The notes under the pieces: generated by a model
What the model saw: only the letters and a program-made list of their open reading frames with translations
Databases searched by the model: none
What the model was told of the DNA's origin: nothing
Part shown: piece by piece, positions 1 through 64,000 of the stretch
Position numbering within the stretch: the first letter of the stretch is position 1
How the letters are laid out: each line of letters begins with the position of its first letter
Assembly: GCF_037042905.1 (NCBI RefSeq)
Contig: NC_087245.1
Coordinates: 19,160,001 to 19,224,000, forward strand
DNA from: Lytechinus pictus
Lineage: Eukaryota
Direction: 5' to 3'
DNA: 64,000 nt
Translations under genes and position numbers: made by a program

Positions 1-134
1 AGAAGAGACCTTGGAAGAGTCTCTCTGTTTCCTCTGCCTTTCACATTTTAACCTTCTCCCTCTCTTTCTTTCATTCTCCTCATCTCTCTCACTCACCCTC
101 CATCTGTACATGGTTGGATCTTTTCCACACTCTA

Positions 135-51280
<51,146 letters not shown>

Positions 51281-52266
51281 ATTGACTATATCAGATAACT
51301 GTCAGTCGCCAAAGAGGCCTAAATCTACAGTTATTGTAGAATTTAGATTCGCCGATCGAGGAGTCAAAATCCGAACTACTGAGCAAGAGACATGTTGATA
51401 TGTTGTCCACGAAATTAACGAGATTATAATCATCTCGGATTAGGCGAGAAAACGCCCCCTTTTTACCAATAAACTCAAACGCGTAAAATTCAGTCGAGCT
51501 CGGAGCAACTCCTTGGTTCAGTCAATGCCCTTCACATTTCGCAAAGTATGGATTGATTGATGACAATATTCTTTTTGGTTTTTATAAATCAATATTAAGA
51601 ATTGAAGAGAAATAGCAAGAAATTCACGCAGATTGTCTGTTTTCTCTTTGTAGGGGGGGGGGGCTTTAATGGTTTTATAGTGTTTTCCGATGCTTTTTAA
51701 ACATTTTTTAATACTATAAATTTTTCAAGTTGTCAAAATTTTTGTGGGAGAAAAAAAAGTTTGTCCCCAATATTTTCATGGGGGCGATCGCCCCTCCCTC
51801 TCCGATGATTCACAGGGCAGCGATCCCAGGGTCATATTCTTTTGAAGCCTAATCTTCATGGTGAGTATCACATTCAAATAAAGATGTTGTGGACTTACAT
51901 ATTTATTTGGAAGTTCATAGTGAAGTTTCACTTCGAAAATTTTATCTCCGGTCACCACACTAAAGGGGATTGGCACCAATTGGCATTAAATGCCTGCCAT
52001 ATTCTATTATACTTCATATTACGTTGAAATGTCTCTAAATTATTTTGAAAATATTGTCTGATTTTCCCTTTCCTCTAAAAAGATATTTGGTTTGGATTAA
52101 GTTTTGAACTTGTGGTGTTGGTGTTGGGCCGATTTTTACTTCAACCTAGTAGCCTACAAGCAGTAGGAATATGAGCTGGTGCTGGAACAACTGATCTGTA
52201 TACCATACTACCACAACGGTTTTGTGTGTGTATTTGAGTTTTGCCAGCCGTGTATCAATCAAATAT

Positions 52267-52395
52267 GATTATATACGTCTGGGACCGACCTTTAATGTCA
52301 CCATCCGAAAGACGTGACCAGGGCTCGAACCTCGAACCTCTGCATCAATTTGTAACTTTCCCACAGCTCATTACATGCGCACGCCACAACGCCCA
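52267..52395 (-). mobile_element. Probable tRNA-derived SINE
   Basis: Minus strand reads gggcgttgtggcg...ggttcgaggttcgagccct (A/B-box-like). Confidence 0.45.
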
Positions 52396-53070
52396 GTTTT
52401 GCTTATTGGCAGCGCCGTAAAGTAATAAAAACATAATCGGGTAAGGTGTGCCCTGTGTCGTTTAATCAAATATTATTTGGATCAAGGGAGACAAACCTGC
52501 ACTTTTATTTCAAAAATAAAAAATAAACCAACACCCACGCGAAGGTACAGGAAAATAATGCGAGCGCGAAGCGCCGAGCCGAAATTTTTGCTATCATTCT
52601 GTCATTCTGGCCGGAAAAAGGGAAAGGTTTACTGATGGTGATCGATCCATTTCGCTGTTGGCAAGTATTTGATGCCGAATGTCACTAGCCGCGGGGGTGG
52701 GAGTAGCTTAAACCGAAAGGGTGGGTATAGAAAAACTATTTGTAACTGCCCTTTTGCAATTAACCGTACAAAATTTGATTCAAATTATGCAGAGAAAAAT
52801 AACATTACTTGAGAGAGAGAGAGAGGGGGGAGCAATTAGAAGACTATAACATTTTGCTGATTCAACGATACAGAGACAGGTTTTAACCATGTCATGCATT
52901 TTTCGAAACGAGCGAACCGAAAATATATTTTCCAGCTTTGATAAGTTTTCATTTCCAGCTCCTGGATTAAGCTGCTGAAAACAAGAGGTGCCGATTTAGG
53001 TTTTACCGGCGCCGTGCAATGTTGAAATTAACATAGCGTCGATTACTTTTCAGTATAGTAGCGCCAATAA

Positions 53071-54665
53071 CTGATAGGACCCAATTTGTATCAGTAAATA
53101 ATAGCAATTCGACTACTCTTCCAATTACTTGCGGTGTCCCACAGGGTAGCCTACTAGGCCCACTTCTTTTTATTACTTATTTATATTAAAAATACATCAA
53201 ATTTACTTTCATTTATACTTTTTGCTGACGACTCCAATATTTTCTTTTCCCATGATGATATTAACCAACTCGTTAGAATCGTAAATTTTGAACTAACAAA
53301 TGTTACAGATTGGATCAAGGCCAACAAACTTTCGCTTAATCACCAGAAGACAAACTACATGCTTTTCAGTAATAAAATCAATACTCTACCTGACAGTATT
53401 TTCTTTGATAATTTCGTTCTTAATAATGTTTCCACTACCAGATTCTTGGGTGTCCTTATTGACGACAAATTATCCTGGAAGCCTCATATCGATAGTATAT
53501 GTAAAACAATTTCTAGAAACATTGGAATTATTAATAAACTCAAACATTTTCTCCCTTCCCGCACTTTGTTAACATTATATTACACCCTTATTCTACCAAA
53601 TATTAATTATGGAATTATTGCCTGGGGATGTGCAATACAAACACAACTAAATAGAATATTACTTCTCCAGAAAAAAGCTCTAAGAATAATTTTTCAAACA
53701 CACTTTAGATCACATACTGATATCTTATTTTTTGAAAATAACATTCTTAAAGTAAGTGACATTTATCTTTTCGAACTTAGTCAATTTAAGTTCAAATTAA
53801 GCAATGACGACCTTCCCGCCATTTTCTCTAATATGTTCCGTAAAATCACATTCGTACACTGCTACCCAACAAGGCAACGACAACATTATCATCTCCCTTT
53901 AACAAGAACTTTATTTGCAAAGAATTCATTTGTCTTCTCTGGGCCTGCCTACTGGAACTCTCTGCCTCAAGATTTCAAAGAATCCCCCAATGTAAATATT
54001 TTTAAACGCAAACTGAAAAAATGTTAATTCTGCAATACTCGTCGCAAACAGGTCAAGCTGAATAACTAATTTAATTATACTCGACTTTTGTGTATATGCG
54101 TATTATATGCGCTCATATTATATACATAGTCATGTATATTATTCGTTTAATTATTTTCTTCTTAAAATTGCAATTAGCCAAAGTACCTGCTCCTGCATGC
54201 TGCCCGGCTTCTTCTTTCTTTCTACTTAGTGTACTGCACTCCTCTGTCCCTCCTGTCTCCCCCCTCACCCCCTCTCTTATAATATTGTAAAACGTAATTT
54301 TTTCTCACACGATCCATCAGTTACGTTTTTGTCAAGTGCACAAAAATTGTTTGTATTTATTTTTAAACAAAATTATTATTAAGACCCAATATTTATTTGT
54401 TGTAATTTTGTAATGTAACTAAGATAGGGGCTTGTCTCTTGTACAAGCTTTGTTTTTTTTCGGCAAGTCCCTCCGTTTTACTTATAAATACAAATGTCAT
54501 TTGAGATATCTTTATTTACTGAATTGTGTTCCTTAAATCTATGATTATGTTATATACAGTATATTATATTTTGTCTTGTAGTATTTTCGACCTTGTTATG
54601 TTATGTTTATCATATTATGTACAATTGTGAAACGGAAATAAATAAATCAAATCAAATCAAATCAA
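53071..54665 (+). mobile_element. 5'-truncated LINE (CR1/L2-clade) with partial reverse transcriptase
   Basis: CGVPQGSLLGPLLF and ILFADDSN RT motifs (frameshift between them) lead into ORF 53359..54027 (FLGVLIDDKLSWKPHI, LLLQKKALRII, YWNSLP); 3' tail aataaa(tcaaa)n. Confidence 0.9.
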
Positions 54666-55077
54666 GTATTCCCCGGCGCTAGTATATTATTAAAATCAAG
54701 AGGCTATGAAAAGTTTTCATCGCCACCGCTTGAGATGCAGGCATGCAGGGACGATTTTTCTTGACCGGCGCCGACTTTGATTTAGGTTGCGTTTGTTATT
54801 CTTGATCGGCACCAACACAGGCAGCGACGATTACCAGAAAAAAGAACAACGAGAATAGATAAGAAAGATCCCATTCTGCTTTTTAGGGGGCGCCCCCTCT
54901 GGATCCATCTCTGCTTTTTATTCGACATTTCTCCTCCTTTCATATTTCTTCGTCTTCTGTTTTCACCTCTCCCCTCCCCCTTTTTTTTAAATTTCCGTTT
55001 GCCCTTCCCGTTTTGACCACCAATAGGGGAGTTGACTTGGCCCCCATGTTGGACCCGCATACGCATATGTTTTCTCT

Positions 55078-55750
55078 CAGTGGCGTAACTACGGGGGGGG
55101 GGGGGGGGGCACGTGCCCCCAATCGGCTGGCCTACCCCCCCAAAAAAAAAAAAAAAAAAAAAACAGGGGAAAGGAGAAAACAGGGAGAAAGGAAGAGAAG
55201 CGTAGTGGGAAGAAGAAATTATTGCACATTATAATATGTTATATTACATAAGATTTTTTTTTCATAACTTTTACGAAACATAATTTGCTCAGGGCCTATG
55301 TGTTCATCGTTTTCTGGTGTTCGCATGGTATGGTCTGTTTAACGAGATATATAATCCTGTTGTACTAAAACATCCCATTTTCTAGTCAATATACACCAAA
55401 TATATTTCCTCGCACTTATTATTGAATAATGTACAGTGACATATGCTACTATAGCTTCGTGTTCATGACTACTCAAAGTGATTGCCCCCTTTTCAGAGCT
55501 TACGTTCGCATTAGTGACTTGTTGAGATATGTCTGCTCTTCATGAATTCCTAAAATCAGCCCTTAAAATAACCCTTTTTCTGATCTGAATATCAAAAATT
55601 TTCAGCTCGCGCTTCGCGCTTGCATTATTTGATCAGTGAGATACATATCCGTTTAATGGCACAGTCCTTAAAATGTCTCTATTATGTCAGTATACCTTTG
55701 CGCGCACATTCAGTTTTTTTCTGGTGCCCGCCCATGCCGTGACGCCACTG
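55078..55750. mobile_element. hAT-like MITE
   Basis: cagtggcgtaac / gtgacgccactg ends; imperfect 8-bp flanks ttttctct / tttttcct. Confidence 0.6.
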
Positions 55751-56849
55751 TTTTTCCTTATCCTTTATGTACATTCATTTTAGCCCCTGACTAAGATATT
55801 ATGAATTCATGATGACACAAACATTTATTGTAAATAAGTACAGAGATTAGTTTATAAACTTAAATCAGAGTTAGAGAAGTATTGCACCTGTTTTCTGTTT
55901 AGAAATTGTTGTACTGACTAGCGTTCATGAGGGTGGAGCAGGCGCAAATAGTTACACTTGATCCTGACAGATTTGAGAAATTACGAATAAAAGAGGAGAA
56001 AACGGAAAAATCACAAAAGAGTACTCTTAGAGTACCGTTTCATAGAGATTTACAGTTATGGTACCGGCCAGGTAACTTTCATTTATGTCAAATAGCATGG
56101 AATTCTTGATTTTGATTGGCTACTGAGCCCTGTTATCACATTGACAAATGTGAGTAAATCCTTAAAGCCTAGCCCATCACCAAGAGCGATCGACAGAAGA
56201 CAAGACTATCAGTAAGCCTAAAAGTTTCTATTCTACGTGCTTGTTTTAAATACTGATAAAAAGGAAATTTTACATGTCTATCAATGTTTGTTTCTTATCT
56301 GTTGAATTCGATTATGAAAATAAATGAAATGAAGCGAAGCTTTAAAATATTGCAATTGTCCCATCTCACATTCAAAATTGACCAACCTGCACTTTAAGTA
56401 TTATTAGGTAAAAGTGCTCCATAAGCAGATAAGGGTAATTATGTGTCCAACCAACATTAGGCATTTCTTTTGGGCATTTTTATTTATCCATTGTGATAAA
56501 AAATTTACCCATTCTAAAGTAATTGCTGCTTATTTTTTAACCTTACAGTTACAGGACAATATGCTTCCCGAGTTGGGTAAAATACTGCCCAAAATTGGTT
56601 GGACACATAATAACCCTCGTGGTGGTAAAAATTTTACCCAATATTTTTTACAGTGTGTCAGTGTTAAACTTATGCTTGTTTGATTTTTCTCTTTTCATTT
56701 GAAACATTTTTTTTCTTCATGATAACTTAACCTTTCATCGGGTATGATTATCAAGAAATTTAATGGCTTGATATAATGTCACATAAAATTTAACAAATAC
56801 ATTTGGCTGATGAAAAGTCATGTCTAAGAAATCATGTTCACAAATTTTA

Positions 56850-57400
56850 ATTCAATTTATTTCAATTCAATTCAATTCCTTTATTTCTATATTCAAATCG
56901 AACAATATAAAAAGGATGATAATTAAGAGTTGATTAAAAAATGACAAAAATACAAAAAATAACAATATCAAAAGTTACAAAAATTACAAAGAACAACGAA
57001 AGAAAAAAAACATATATGTAATCTGAATATGGAAGAATTGCCAAAAGCCAAAGACGCCTATCAAGGGCAATCCCAGAATAATATTAAAACATACATTGTA
57101 TAATATGAGAGACAGATAGTGCGAGACAGTCAGACAAGCAGAGAGTTATGAGTGGGGAATTGGGAAGAAAAGAGAGAGATAGGAATAAGATGAGAATAGA
57201 AAATTGGTATGGAAAGATCAGAATAGGAAGAATAAGGGGAAAAATGCTAAGTATATTAATAATCTACACGCAGTATATAAGCCTTGTATTTACGTTTGAA
57301 TGCCCACAATGAAGGACATAATTTAAGTTCATCTGGAATATTATTCCAGCATTTAGATCCAATGAAAACAATAGTAGTGTTTTTTTTACTTTATGGCTGA
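56850..57400 (-). mobile_element. LINE 3' end fragment
   Basis: Minus strand encodes FIGSKCWNNIPDELKLCPSLWAFKRKYK (ORF2 C-terminus); (ttgaa)n tail near 56850-56885. Confidence 0.65.
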
Positions 57401-58887
57401 TAAATACTAAAATCATATGACATAATAAAAATTAATTCCAATTAAACTGAAAAACTCAAGGGTGCCCTGTTTGAAAGCACATATGGACATGCTGTCCAAG
57501 ATGTAGGTACGATCTTCATAAATAAGCTCCTAAAGTTACCCAAAATAACTTTATTTATTATAATTTTTTTTTCTAAACATTTAACCATGTTTAGCCCTTT
57601 GTGCTCTTTTTTCAGATCTTGCCCCCCGAGAAAAATGAACAAAAAATAACAAGCAACCATTCAGCGCATTTTTTCTGTTTTTTTTTTACACACTCGGTAC
57701 TTACGAGTTGCGAGAAAGCGATGAGAGGGGTGAAACTATTGAGGAAGAGGCGGAGGAAGGGTCAAGAAGTTGGCAGATTTCAATTTTTATTAATCATTTA
57801 ACGATACCACACACAGATCGAAAATCTTAGCAACAACGCAAACAAAATGGCCAGACGTCGACTGTAAATTTATTATATATTTTGGTTTCAAACGTTAAAA
57901 TCTGGGTAAGAATCGTTTATTCATACGCATTTATTGTAAATGGTATTTATAATTCACTTAACAATTGAATGAAATTCATGAAAATTTGTGGAATATGCGA
58001 GAAAGAGTGCAATAGAGAGATGATCCGATCGTCGACGTCGGTTCACAAATACTTACCTAGTGAGTTAGGCAACGGTAAAGGCCCGTTTACACCGCATCCG
58101 GCACGGCGACCGTGCACGGCACCACGGCAATCCGGCACGGCAAAAAAAATCGATCCCCACTAAATCCTATGAAACTGTTTCCACTTCAACGGTGCCGTGC
58201 CGTATTGTACAACACGGCGTAATTTGCCGGATTTGCAGATCGATCAGCAAGCCATTTTCAGAGCACGGCACACGGTTTTTTCACTTCTGGCCAATCACAG
58301 TCCAGATAAATTACGTCATTGCCCACATATTTTCTGATCAAGCGACAAATCGCCTGCGGTGATAGTCTATGGGAGTTTACGTGTTAAATGCAAAATCGCA
58401 CATACACGTAGGTCTACGTGTATTACCTGCTGAAGAGAGGTGACTGAAGGAGGACTTGATCTTGCAATTCTTGGTCTGGTAAGCAACTAATTAAGAACAA
58501 GTGTCATTTCGCATACTGTAGAACCGAGCCCCAGAAAGTAGAGCACAAGAAAATAAGGCCAAATAATATAAGGCCGGCCTGGGATAGGGCCTAACGTTAT
58601 GATCTAACGAAGATCTAACGTAAGTTAGCTTAGCCTAGGCTTAGGCTTAGACTCGGTCTAACTCTAAGTTCTAACAAGATATAGGCTCCTATCTAATTTA
58701 GATAAGCTAGATGTTTATCCTAGCCTAAGTTACATCTAGATCTAACGTTATAGACCTAATGTTAGACTCGATAATCAATTAGACTGGCCTAACGTAATTA
58801 GGCCGGCCCTAGGCCTACTAGGCCTACTAAGTACTATCTAGGCCTAGTAGGCTACTAAAATAAAAAAAGTTAGGACTTGGGCCCTAA

Positions 58888-59296
58888 AGATAAATGAAAG
58901 TAGTTGCAGGAAACACTGATTTCACGAGAAAGTGTGTAAAACCGAGCTTAATTGTCACTATATAATCGAGGATCTAGATCTGGTACAGTTACATGAACTG
59001 AACTTTGTGAAATCTTGAAATCTACGCTGAAAAATGTTCATACTGAAGATCACCAACACAGATAAGCGCACGTGGGACAGTGTACTATTAAAAATTATTG
59101 CTTTGAATGTCGGCCCGACGCTTGACCCAAATCCCGTGCTTATTTGCTAATTTCTCAGCAATTACACAATTTCTTCCGGAATCCTTTGGCACATATTTTT
59201 TTATTTATACAAACAGACACTTTGGTGGTCATTTCATTGGATTATGTAAACTGTACGAACTCATTTTGAAATCGTTACCACAACTGGCATTTATCT
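58888..59296. mobile_element. Kolobok-like MITE nested in the Harbinger-like element
   Basis: ctaa|agataaatg..agttg ... caact..catttatct|ttaa. Confidence 0.6.
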
Positions 59297-60826
59297 TTAA
59301 CTTAAGTTAAGTTAGACTTAGTAGAGTCTAACTAACAGTAACAGTAACATTAGGCCTAACGTTACTAAGTTATAGTTAGATCTAACGTTAGGTAGACCTA
59401 TAACTAACGTTATCAAAAGTTAGACCTGTTGTTGGTCTAACGTTAGGCCTCAGTAGTCTAGAGTCTACACATAGGTCTAACGTTAGTAACACTAGTTTAT
59501 GTAAGTTAGACCTCTGAACGAATATGATGAATTCCGGGATGAATTATTTATATTAAGATATAGACTAGCCTAGCCTAGTAGTAGTACTTTAGTTTTAGTA
59601 GTAGGGTCTATAATAGATGAGAGCTAGGCACTGAGTCGTTTTGTCAGCAGCAAGAGTGGCAGATAGGAGGGTGGCAAGGAATTAATAAGAGGGGATCTGG
59701 AGTGGTGAAACTTGGGTAGCCTGAACTGAAAGAAGTTAGACCGATTGCTCAGTTTGACCATATTTTTGTGGGACCCTCTGGTCGATCTGTTCTAGATCGA
59801 AACAAATGGTGGAAGGCTAAGGAGTAAGGCTAACTTAGTTATTTCCCACAAACTCTCTGGCAAAGACTAGGCCTACGAATAAATAATGTAAAAACCTAGA
59901 CTCTAAGTCTAAATCCTCCCCATATGACGTCATACTTAGGCTTAGCTAATTAACGTTAGACATTGTTTTCATTGAAATATAGAGTCTAGGCCTAGTAACT
60001 AAATTTAGGCTACTATAATTTTGGAGAGAACTTGCATTAAAAAAAGTTATTGTTTCTAGTTTGTCAAAAATTGTCAGTCTGTTATTATGTAAAGGATTTT
60101 AAAATGAGCGCACTTTCCTTTATCCAGGGGCAGCTCAATCGTGGGGCGATGGGAAGGGGTTTGGGTTGGCACTGGTTTGCCCGAAATAGAAATCCCCCAG
60201 AATAAAAGTGATCCCTTTTCAATATGAAATATGTCCTTTGTGTGCTGGCATAACTTTTAAATCTGCACATTTCTGTTCCAAAAATTGATTGCTTTATTTG
60301 TGTAATTTCATTCTTTTTTCATTGGTTTATTTCTTATTTGGTTTTTTTTTTTTTTTTTTGGGGGGGGGGGGCTGAAGTGATTGGGTACGTATACTATACA
60401 GAGAAGACATAATTTGCTGACATTTTATTCAACAAACATTTCATCCCTAAAAAAACATTATATGGCTTAGCTTATAGGCTCTCATGGAGGCAAAAAATTG
60501 TGCCTCTATCTTTTTTTTTCTTAACATGACCCTATGTTTACATGTACTTTTCAAATGATAAAAAATTATTATTTCAAGCTCTTGAAGGAATTTCTAGACG
60601 ATCACTTTTCTCTACAACTAAGCAAAATCATTTCAATTAGGAGAATTTCTATTTGTGCATTATAAAAATTGGACCCTGATCAGCAAGCCTGCCAGTTACA
60701 ATGTAAATGTAAGAAATTGCTGATTGGGCACTGGCCTTTCACTAATCGCTTTTGCAATTCTTTAAACCTTTATTATTATTTGCTAACAAAATTTATATGG
60801 AATGTGTTGCATGACAGATAACCAAC

Positions 60827-62413
60827 ATGGAGGAAGCCCTTATCCTAGAAGTGTAGGAAAATCCATTCCTGTATGACAAGAGATTGGAGCTGTTCAAGGA
60901 TACAGAAGTAAAAAAATGATGTATGACATGACATTGGGCGTCAGCTTGTAATCTCAGGTTGGTATAATTTTACGTCATATTAATTTTTTTCAAACTTCAC
61001 GATTTTTTCACTATCAATTTGAAGAAAAATATTGAACAATGTAAAAGAGTTATATTTGTATGTGGATGTTTGAAAGCAAATCAAGTTCACAATCTAACAA
61101 CTGTAGCTAACTTCTGGTTGTTGTAATTCAATGAATACCAATGGTAAGTTTTGGTCATTGTGGCCATTTTTGAAATTGTTTGCACATGTGTAAAATAGTC
61201 TGGTGTTTAAAAAAAATAACAAATTAAATGAGACACAAGAGCAAGGGTATGTTAATGCAGAAAGAGACCTTGCTTTGTGATGTGGACCAAAAAATATATA
61301 CCAACCCCTCCTCACAAATACGTAATATAAATATCACGTCACTTTTACAAGCAAAAAAAAAATGGAGGCAAAATTCTTTACTATCAAAAGCATGTTGTCC
61401 AATTTCACATTGAAATATTTCGGGGGGGGGGTGGGTAGGGCTTGAAATGAGTCATAAACAGAAATGAAAATTTTCAGAGGTTATAGGAATTAGATTTCGT
61501 GTTGTTTTTCATTATTTTAAGGTGACGTAGCGAGTTGAGGGACAACTTCCTAAAAAACGACAGAAATCGAGAGGAAGAGTGGTGACGGAGCTCCCTCAAA
61601 TGCAGCACGTAAATACAAGTACAGTGAGGCAATGGAATTCCTACTTCCCCACATACATAATCGAGAGTAAGATATTCAATATTTTGTTTTCTTATCCCAG
61701 GGAAGAGAGAATATGTGTATATCAATTTGAATTCATGCAAAGAAATGTATTTTATAAATATGAATTCTGATATTGTGCTTCACTTAACCCAGGTTTAGTT
61801 TCTGGGTTCTGACAGGAAACGGTCGGGCAACAGCTATGGTATTAATTTGCACTTTGTGCACTCTGCAGGGTGGATATGAGCGCTCTCATACAAACTATAC
61901 AAATCATTTTGAATTATACATTGATGATTGTCTCATTCTCTCATGTTTACATTAACCCGTTTCCTGTAATTATACATCCACATTTTCATTCAATATGATT
62001 TATCATATTTGTACTTGACTACCTGTGTAAAATAGTACAGGTTAATGGGTGTTGCATTTCCTTGAAGTGAGAGCCATTTGCCTTCAGAAAATTACCCTTA
62101 AAAAAATATAATATAATAAAATAAAACTAAAGATGTTTCGAATATTAATGAAGTAAAGAACAGACAAACTGTATCGACTTGGTACATGAGAGTCGATTTT
62201 TTTAGTATTCATTATTATGAGTAAAACATATGAAATAAATTTGAACATATGATTTTTCTGTCAGCAGAACAAGTTCAATCTTGGATCCTGTGTTTGATGT
62301 GGACACACCAGGAGAAGCCTGTACCAAGCAGGAAGAAACTGAGCAGGAGAATGGTGGGTGACATCTGTCCACAACGTGGGTCAGTCTTCCTCGTCATCAT
62401 CCTCAGGCACGTC
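60827..62413 (+). pseudogene. Decayed MADF (Myb/SANT-like) DNA-binding protein gene; exons ~60827-60957, 61522-61666, 62268-62413
   Basis: MEEALILEV*ENPFLYDKRLELFKDTEVK(fs)DV*HDIGRQL / LRDNFLKND(fs)RKSGDGAPSNAARKYKYSEAMEFLLPHIHNRE / TSSILD; GT-AG introns with compatible phases; stops and frameshifts. Confidence 0.75.
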
Positions 62414-63105
62414 TATGGCGCGCCATTTGTTTCATAAAGGCGATAAACTCAGTTTATCGCCGAAAAACCTAGTTTATCAATCGAAAAACCTAGTTTTTCA
62501 ATTGAAAAACTAAGTTTTTCGCCGATAAACTTAGTTTTTCGCCGATAAACTAAGTTTATCACTTGAAAAACTAAGATTATCAAGAAAAACTAAGTTTATC
62601 GCCGAAAAACTTAGTTTTTCGATTGAAAAACTAGGTTTTTCTTGATAAACTTAGTTTTTCAATTGAAAAACTAAGTTTATCGTCGAAAAACTAAGTTTTT
62701 CACTGATAAACTAAGTTTTTCAATGAAAAACTAGGTTTTTCAATGAAAAACTAGGTTTTTCAATGAAAAACTAGGTTTTTCAAGTGAAAAACTTAGTTTT
62801 TCTCGATAAACTTAGTTTTTCAAGCGATAAACTCAGTTTTTCATTTGATAAACAGAGTTATTTGATAAACTAAGTTTTTCAAGTGATAAACTAAGTTTTT
62901 CGAATTGAAAAACCTAGTTTATCGAATTGAAAAACCTAGTTTATCGAAATTGAAAAACCTAGTTTATCACTTGAAAAACCTAGTTTATCGCCGATAAACT
63001 AAGTTTTTCAAATCTGATAAACTAGGTTTTTCAATTTCGATAAACTAGGTTTTTCAATTCGATAAACTAGGTTTATCGCCTTTATGGGACAAATGGCGTT
63101 CCATA
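62414..63105. mobile_element. MITE filled with palindromic minisatellite units
   Basis: TIR tatgg.gcgccatttgt..cataaaggcgataaac / gtttatcgcctttatgggacaaatggcgttccata; interior of GAWAAAC(T/C)(A/T)(A/G)GTTTWTC units. Confidence 0.75.
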
Positions 63106-63377
63106 AGGACGCCATTTGTCCCATAAAGGCGATAAACTCAGTTTATCGCCGAAAAACCTAGTTTATCGAAATTGAAAAACTAGGTTTTTCGATTCGATAA
63201 ACTAGGTTTTTCGATTTGAAAAACTAGGTTTTTCAAGTGATAAACTAGGTTTTTCAATTTCGATAAACTAGGTTTTTCGATTCGAAAAACTAGGTTTTTC
63301 GATTCGATAAACTAGGTTTTTCGATTCGATAAACTAAGTTTTTCGATTCGATAAACTAGGTTTTTCAATTTCGATAA
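63106..63377 (+). mobile_element. Second left end of the same family, abutting the first copy
   Basis: acgccatttgtcccataaaggcgataaactcag followed by the same unit array, then unique sequence. Confidence 0.65.
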
Positions 63378-64000
63378 TCAGGGTTATTTACTGTAAGCCA
63401 GTAGTGGGCGCCATTCGACCCTGGACATGGAGAATATTGGAAGGCTCTAAGTTTGATTTTGAGTTTTTCCCCCCTTTTTACCGGACCGGAGAACAAGATA
63501 TGATTCTGTATATTTAATAGAAAAGATTATGAGCAAGATTCAAGAAATTAGCCAGCGACCTTATTTGTTGAGGGATAGGAATCCTAACGTTAACCAAATC
63601 TTCGTCGGTGACTCGAGCCGGTGCAATGAACAATGTGAGTGGGTCATACGGTACCAGCGCCTGAGCAGAGCAGCCCGGGGCGTCGTCGGGCGAAAGTTCG
63701 GTCGAAAACGTTGCTACAGCTACTGTCGGTGAGCCGAAACAGCCAAGCCGGAGTCCGCAGAATTGGTAAAGCCTATGGATAAGATTATAGAAAAACTAGA
63801 CCTACGGTACTGAATACTAAATATCACTACCATGAGAAAGGGTATGGCCATGGATGAATTTCGTTAGTCATTGACTGCAAGGGCAATGCTCGCCAAAAAA
63901 AGCTTAAGTTAAGACAGATCTGACACAAATAATTCTGGATCTATAACTTAGAGTTTCACGATAGAAAAATGAGCTTGCTCATATATGGCGTTGAGAAAAA

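Larger units (their letters stand above)
58079..62413 (+). mobile_element. PIF/Harbinger-like transposon, left part (right end not found)
   Basis: taa|aggcccgtttacac terminus, subterminal cacggc repeats, downstream MADF-type gene remnant. Confidence 0.6.

Noticed and set aside
53359..54027. Host protein-coding gene (222 aa)
   Set aside because: It is the C-terminal part of a 5'-truncated, frameshifted LINE ORF2.
62414..63377. CRISPR-like array of palindromic repeats
   Set aside because: Linkers are only a few bp and not unique spacers, the array is bounded by TIRs, there are no cas genes, and the context is eukaryotic.
63529..63732. Start of a neighbouring gene
   Set aside because: Short ORF with no recognisable similarity or supported splice structure; cannot be called from this window.

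Overview
AT-rich eukaryotic genomic DNA; the repeat content suggests a marine invertebrate deuterostome, probably a sea urchin (inference). One host gene dominates: a neurobeachin-like (NBEAL1/NBEAL2-type) gene on the minus strand. I reconstructed its first 22 coding exons by hand, from the ATG at 51280 to the exon at 191-347 (about 1010 codons, all GT-AG, phases consistent); the gene continues past the left edge. Introns and the upstream region are packed with repeats: a 10.7 kb TA-flanked TIR element with nested insertions and a satellite, two near-identical Helentron/HINE-like elements, hAT-type MITEs with 8-bp TSDs, Kolobok-like TTAA MITEs, LINE fragments, tRNA-derived SINEs, foldback elements, and a Harbinger-like element with a decayed MADF gene. 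The most unusual signal is a strong, spatially partitioned excess of short TA-flanked palindromes: TACATGTA in the gene body, and TAGATCTA/TAACGTTA/TAGGCCTA just downstream of putative 5' ends. Several are visibly inserted into older repeats and resemble DNA-transposon excision footprints. All coordinates and counts were read by eye.
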